Source: Promethearchaeota archaeon
Lineage (GTDB): Archaea; Asgardarchaeota; Heimdallarchaeia; Hodarchaeales; Hodarchaeaceae
DNA length: 64,000 bases
Assembly: GCA_048938105.1 (NCBI GenBank)
Contig: JBHLMN010000004.1
Span: 192,001 to 256,000 of the forward strand
Direction of reading: 5' to 3'
Part shown: piece by piece, positions 60,099 to 64,000 of the stretch
Layout of the letters: each line of letters starts with the position of its first letter
Numbering within the stretch: the stretch's first letter is position 1
Notes under the pieces: model-generated
The model's input: only the letters and a program-made list of their open reading frames with translations
Database searches by the model: none
Told to the model about the DNA's origin: nothing
Translations under genes and position numbers: made by a program

Positions 60099-60773
60099 TC
60101 ATTTCTGTTGCATTACTTTTGTGCCAGCGACGAAATCTAATACCCTTTGTTTCCTACCTCGGGTCTTTTCTGATAATATCCCAAATAGAATATCAAAGGG
60201 GAGAAATGAGGTAAGAAAGGGAACTTTAGTGACATTTCTAATAAGTGATTGAGTCCAAGTGATCTTTATTCCGGACTCATCAACAACTATAAGCCCTAAA
60301 AGTCGTTTTCCAAGGGTAGAAGAATATGTTTTCTCCACAATAATGAAGTAGCATAATATAAACCCAGCTATTGGAAAGCCAACAAAGAGAAAACTAAAGG
60401 GGATTGCTAAAGTATGCCACCTTATTTCATCGATCTGAAAATCTACTAAAATTAGCTGTATGATAAAGTAAGTTGCAAATACAACCATTAAAGCTGCAGA
60501 ATCAATCAAAGAAGCAAGTACACGGATTCCCCATCCTGCAGGTTTAGTCCCCCAATCATGCGCAATACTTAGATTCTTTGCCACTTCAGTTGGAGATCCG
60601 AAGACAACAGATGGTGGTCTCTTTTCCGATCCCATGGCGTCTTGTACATCTTTTTTTAATTCCTCCAGTACGGGAACTTTTTCCTTCTCAGGGTACGGAA
60701 GTAATGTACTGATCTCTGTTACATAACCATCAATAGGATCTAATGCATGTTGATAAGGCATGTTATCTGTCAT
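60099..60773 (-). CDS. RDD-family membrane protein with N-terminal HAAS/DUF1700-like helical domain
   Basis: N-term YVTEISTLL..EKVPVLEEL..FGSPTEVAKNL; RDD motifs RVLASLID, TLGKRLLGLIVV, QRVLDFVAGTKV. Confidence 0.85.
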   Translation of the reverse strand: MTDNMPYQHALDPIDGYVTEISTLLPYPEKEKVPVLEELKKDVQDAMGSEKRPPSVVFGSPTEVAKNLSIAHDWGTKPAGWGIRVLASLIDSAALMVVFATYFIIQLILVDFQIDEIRWHTLAIPFSFLFVGFPIAGFILCYFIIVEKTYSSTLGKRLLGLIVVDESGIKITWTQSLIRNVTKVPFLTSFLPFDILFGILSEKTRGRKQRVLDFVAGTKVMQQK

Positions 60774-61119
60774 CTCCTTTATTTCTATTAATTATGTCAA
60801 GCATTATCTCATTGAATTCTTTAAGCGATATTTCCAATTGTTTGAGAAAATTCTTCCCATTTTGAGTCAGCTTGTAGAATTTTCTTTTACTCTTATCGGT
60901 TTGACTGACGATTAATTTCTCCTTTTCAAGATCTGAAAGCATAGGATAGATATTGGAACCTGCAATAGAGATTTCTCCATTAGTTAATTCCAAAATCTTC
61001 TTTGTAAGAAGAAAGGCATAACTTCTTCCTATTTCAGCAAGTGTGAATAAGATTAGAGGTTTGGAAAATCCTTTCTTGTATTCTGTTTGCCATTTTGCAA
61101 GGTGAAGCTCGTCAGACAC
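60763..61119 (-). CDS. PadR-family transcriptional regulator
   Basis: YKKGFSKPLILFTL, SYAF, GSNIYPMLSDLEKEKLI, RKFYKLTQNG. Confidence 0.92.
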   Translation of the reverse strand: MSDELHLAKWQTEYKKGFSKPLILFTLAEIGRSYAFLLTKKILELTNGEISIAGSNIYPMLSDLEKEKLIVSQTDKSKRKFYKLTQNGKNFLKQLEISLKEFNEIMLDIINRNKGDDR

Positions 61120-61137
61120 AAGTGATCATCTCTATCT

Positions 61138-61182
61138 ATAGCCAAATATATAAGTCAATATATAGGTTACTATATTGGCTAT
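61138..61182. promoter_or_regulatory. Imperfect inverted repeat upstream of PadR (candidate operator)
   Basis: ATAGCCAAATATA...TATATTGGCTAT. Confidence 0.55.
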
Positions 61183-61490
61183 CGTACTTTTTTCCTTCCC
61201 GTTTGTGAAAGTCAATTTACCCTGACATAATCACATAAAGGAACCCATTAACTGTTTCCTCGCAGGAGGTGTTATTCTCGTTTATCTTAAAAAGGGTTCT
61301 TATTACGGAAATAGTAATTCTTTTAGAATTTCTTCTCATTTGAATATTCATTAACTTAGATTACTTATAAAGAACATTAAGAATTATTCCTAATTTGATG
61401 AATGGACTAATACTTTGTGTATTAATTCAAGGTCACTAAATACACATGAACCGCTGAAAGAAATAATTTTCAAAGGAAAAAAATGAATAG

Positions 61491-62333
61491 CTAATGGAGA
61501 AGTGGTCGAAGGGCTTGGTTGAGTTGCCATAGTTTGTTAGTAAGCACTTTGCGGATCTTACGAGGGAGACGTGGCAAAGGGTAGGAAGAGTACTCATGTA
61601 AGGTATCGCGCACAGCTTTAAGACAGATGGTGCGCACCCAGACCCCAGGTTTCTTGACATGCTGTGCTTTCTCGGTAGGGATAAAGGTTTTAGCAAGACG
61701 AAGGCAGGCTTGCTTCACTAAGAAGATTTGCTCTTTCGAACAGGCCGTAAGCACCAACTCCCGATTCCTGACCTGCACAACCGTAGAGAAAAGGGCAGAT
61801 TGGTGGGTTTGAGCACGAGTCTTAATCCACTGGTTACGCAAGACAGGAATAATGCGTAAGAGCTTGAGCTTCCAGGTACGGACATCGTTCTTGGTGAGGG
61901 AAACATTGAGGGAGGCATTAATCTCAGCGAGCGTGGAGTCGAGGAGAGTAAGCCCGCGAAAAGAGAGATAGAGCTCAATAAAGCCTAGAAAGGATCAGAC
62001 ACGGTGGGCATGGGTACGAATACCGAGATGGTTGGGGTCGATAGTCCGTAATATAGCGACGATCTCGAGCAACCACTTTGTATGAAAGAACTCACTGAGG
62101 AGGGAGGAAATGCGGATATTTTTTTGAAAGTGCTCGGTAAAACGGGTCGCGTCGTAGGTGATCTGATTGTGGAGGGTAGCCAAGCGAGTAAAATCATTGT
62201 GTGGATCTTTCGCACGCATGAGTGATCCAAGAAACCACATTTGATACTGTTCACAATTAATTCCCCAATCGTCCACATTGAGGGTGTCTCCAAACCGCGG
62301 TTGATTGGTGTCATCCTGTAAGTGAGAACCCAT
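61491..62333 (-). pseudogene. TFB/TFIIB-like (cyclin-fold) ORF interrupted by an in-frame TGA at 61995-61997
   Basis: ORFs 61995-62333 and 61491-61841 share one frame and are joined by 51 open codons after the TGA. LYLSFRG..LAEI..SLTKNDV and KKPGVWVRTICLKA resemble the two TFB cyclin repeats. Confidence 0.55.
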
Positions 62334-62830
62334 AACTCAAACTCTCTAACTATACCAAGTAGTCGAATTGATAAGAAACACATAATTGTGGAGACAAGGG
62401 TTAAATAAAAGTTTCAATCCTTATAAATTCCTTATAAAGAAAACCAAAGTTAAGGATAATTATCATATTCTTAGGCATGATATTATGGTTGAAAGAATAA
62501 TATCCAGCCTTGGCTAAAAGGAGGTCAATGACCAGTTAAACTTGATAAAGAGAAAGAAGAGAGGGAATGAGAGGGATCCAACGCTTCAGGAAGAACGATT
62601 TTCCGAGGGGAAAAACGGGGTGTATATAAACAAAATTGGGGTAGTATCCAGCAAAAGATGTGGGAAGCTTAATATTTTGATTGCCAACACTGAAAAAGCT
62701 TATAAGATCGTTTAAGCCCCTCTCAATGGAAATTTACTTGAGGTTACGCTCATTAATTGGTTTGTAATTACGACTTGACTCAAGTAATATTTCATCAACA
62801 ACATCTATCTAGTAGGAGGTAAGGAAAAAT

Positions 62831-63727
62831 ATGCGGAAAAGAAAAAGAGTAATCACATTTGCTTTATTGGTTCTCATCATGAACCTGACCCTTGGATTCA
62901 GGCTTGTCAGTGCTGATGTCACGGCCACTGAATGGTCGGAAACTTATTCCAGTAGTCCATATCATGACTACAGCAATAACCCAGAACGAATAGGGTCATC
63001 AATCACTGTGTATGGGTGGGGGAACTGGTTCCAAGCGGGACTTGCGGTATCAGTCTATCAATACGTTCCTTATGACATCTACAATCTCGTGCATTTCCGA
63101 GTGGCGGTGCATTTTAACTCCTGTGGGATTATAACTCCTCAGCAAAGCTATCCAGCATTCCATGCAGATGATATCATTATATTCATTGATAAAGAGGGGT
63201 ATTATTCAGAACAGTCAATGATCGTTCGAGATTTCAGTGGGGATGATGACAATCCTTATAGTCAAGGAAAAGATATCAGCACCCCATCTTTCGTTGTCTT
63301 TGATGATGAGGAAAGTGAACGGGAAGATTATGCCAGAAAAACTGTCGAATTTGCTGTCAAACAAATATGTGGTCACATCCCTTATTTAGGGGGTTATTTT
63401 GAAGAAATGCTGACTCACGATCCCGACCCAGAGGATTATGACAACGCGCTTTTTTCGAGTGGGGACACTCAAGCCCGATGTTATTGGACTGCTGCCCCTT
63501 ACGACTTTGGTATGCAGGAGAACATTGTCCAAACGTGTTTCAACACGATTGATTGGTACCAAAAACGGATCAACCCAGGAGCTGGTGGGATGGCCATCAA
63601 AGTGTGGGCTCGAATCTTCCTACATGAGGAAGGATCTGATGATTTTGAGGATTATTATGATACACCGCCAGTGTATCTCCGAATCAACCATAAAACCACT
63701 GGTGGTGGAGGAGGCCGCCTGCCATAA
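62831..63727 (+). CDS. Secreted hypothetical protein ending in a poly-Gly motif
   Basis: SD AGGAGGT, signal peptide MRKRKRVITFALLVLIMNLTLGFRLVSA, C-terminal TTGGGGGRLP. Confidence 0.8.
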   Translation: MRKRKRVITFALLVLIMNLTLGFRLVSADVTATEWSETYSSSPYHDYSNNPERIGSSITVYGWGNWFQAGLAVSVYQYVPYDIYNLVHFRVAVHFNSCGIITPQQSYPAFHADDIIIFIDKEGYYSEQSMIVRDFSGDDDNPYSQGKDISTPSFVVFDDEESEREDYARKTVEFAVKQICGHIPYLGGYFEEMLTHDPDPEDYDNALFSSGDTQARCYWTAAPYDFGMQENIVQTCFNTIDWYQKRINPGAGGMAIKVWARIFLHEEGSDDFEDYYDTPPVYLRINHKTTGGGGGRLP

Positions 63728-63852
63728 TCAAATGACACACCGTTACAACAAACAAAAATCCCCCCCTTGTTTCTCCGAGTCTGCTCTTATTGAAAAGCTG
63801 GGTGGATATTAACAGACTTGAATGTTAATAAAGAACAGGGATAGTGCAAATG

Positions 63853-63900
63853 GATCATGGGAACCCACAGAAAAAAGGCTTTTTTCGTAGTCTCATGATC
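63853..63900. terminator. Long hairpin downstream of 62831-63727 (terminator-like or other structured element)
   Basis: GATCATGGGA..GAAAAAA-GGC-TTTTTTC..TCTCATGATC. Confidence 0.45.
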
Positions 63901-64000
63901 TTCATTCCCCCCTTTTTTTATTTCGTATTGAGACATACGTTAGGGATGAAAAAGGTAGAGAATAGTCTAGCCAGGTTGAGATGGATCGGTCATATACTTA

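Noticed and set aside
61416-61446. SECIS element for the TGA at 61995
   Set aside because: The minus-strand hairpin TGTGTATT..GTGA-CCTT-GA..AATACACA lacks the long helix II and apical AA of the eukaryote-like SECIS and does not fit the GAA/A type.
61491-62400. IS element/transposase suggested by the GC shift
   Set aside because: No DDE/HUH/RuvC motifs, terminal inverted repeats or target duplication recognised.
63438-63812. Alternative-frame extension of the secreted protein
   Set aside because: It overlaps the main ORF out of frame, with no slippery site or recognisable domain.

Overview
This AT-rich window looks archaeal and most resembles an Asgard archaeon of the Heimdallarchaeia/Hodarchaeales type. 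That placement is an inference from an archaeal histone, a TFS/RpoM-like protein, a 7TM-longin-like fusion, BRE/TATA promoters and TPGW-TM-basic C-terminal sorting signals. The window is mostly accessory envelope, transport and redox genes. It holds three MacB/LolCDE-type (FtsX) ABC systems, two of which pair a plain ATPase with a domain-decorated one. It also holds an ABC-2 exporter, three MFS carriers, a tandem MscS pair, NhaA, a 10-PAS histidine kinase, beta-helix surface proteins and a circularly permuted family-5 solute-binding protein. A tandem duplication encodes two ~1060-aa Trp/Asp-rich, DxDxDG-repeat surface proteins next to a PadR/HAAS-RDD/ABC operon. Other notable items are a Lys-tailed histone plus atypical TFS behind a 2.27-kb hairpin-rich non-coding region, an aldo-keto reductase split at a T7 slippery run, and a GC-richer TFB-like ORF interrupted by an in-frame TGA. 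I found no rRNA, tRNA, CRISPR array, transposase or reverse transcriptase. All family calls come from motif recognition by eye; no database search was run.
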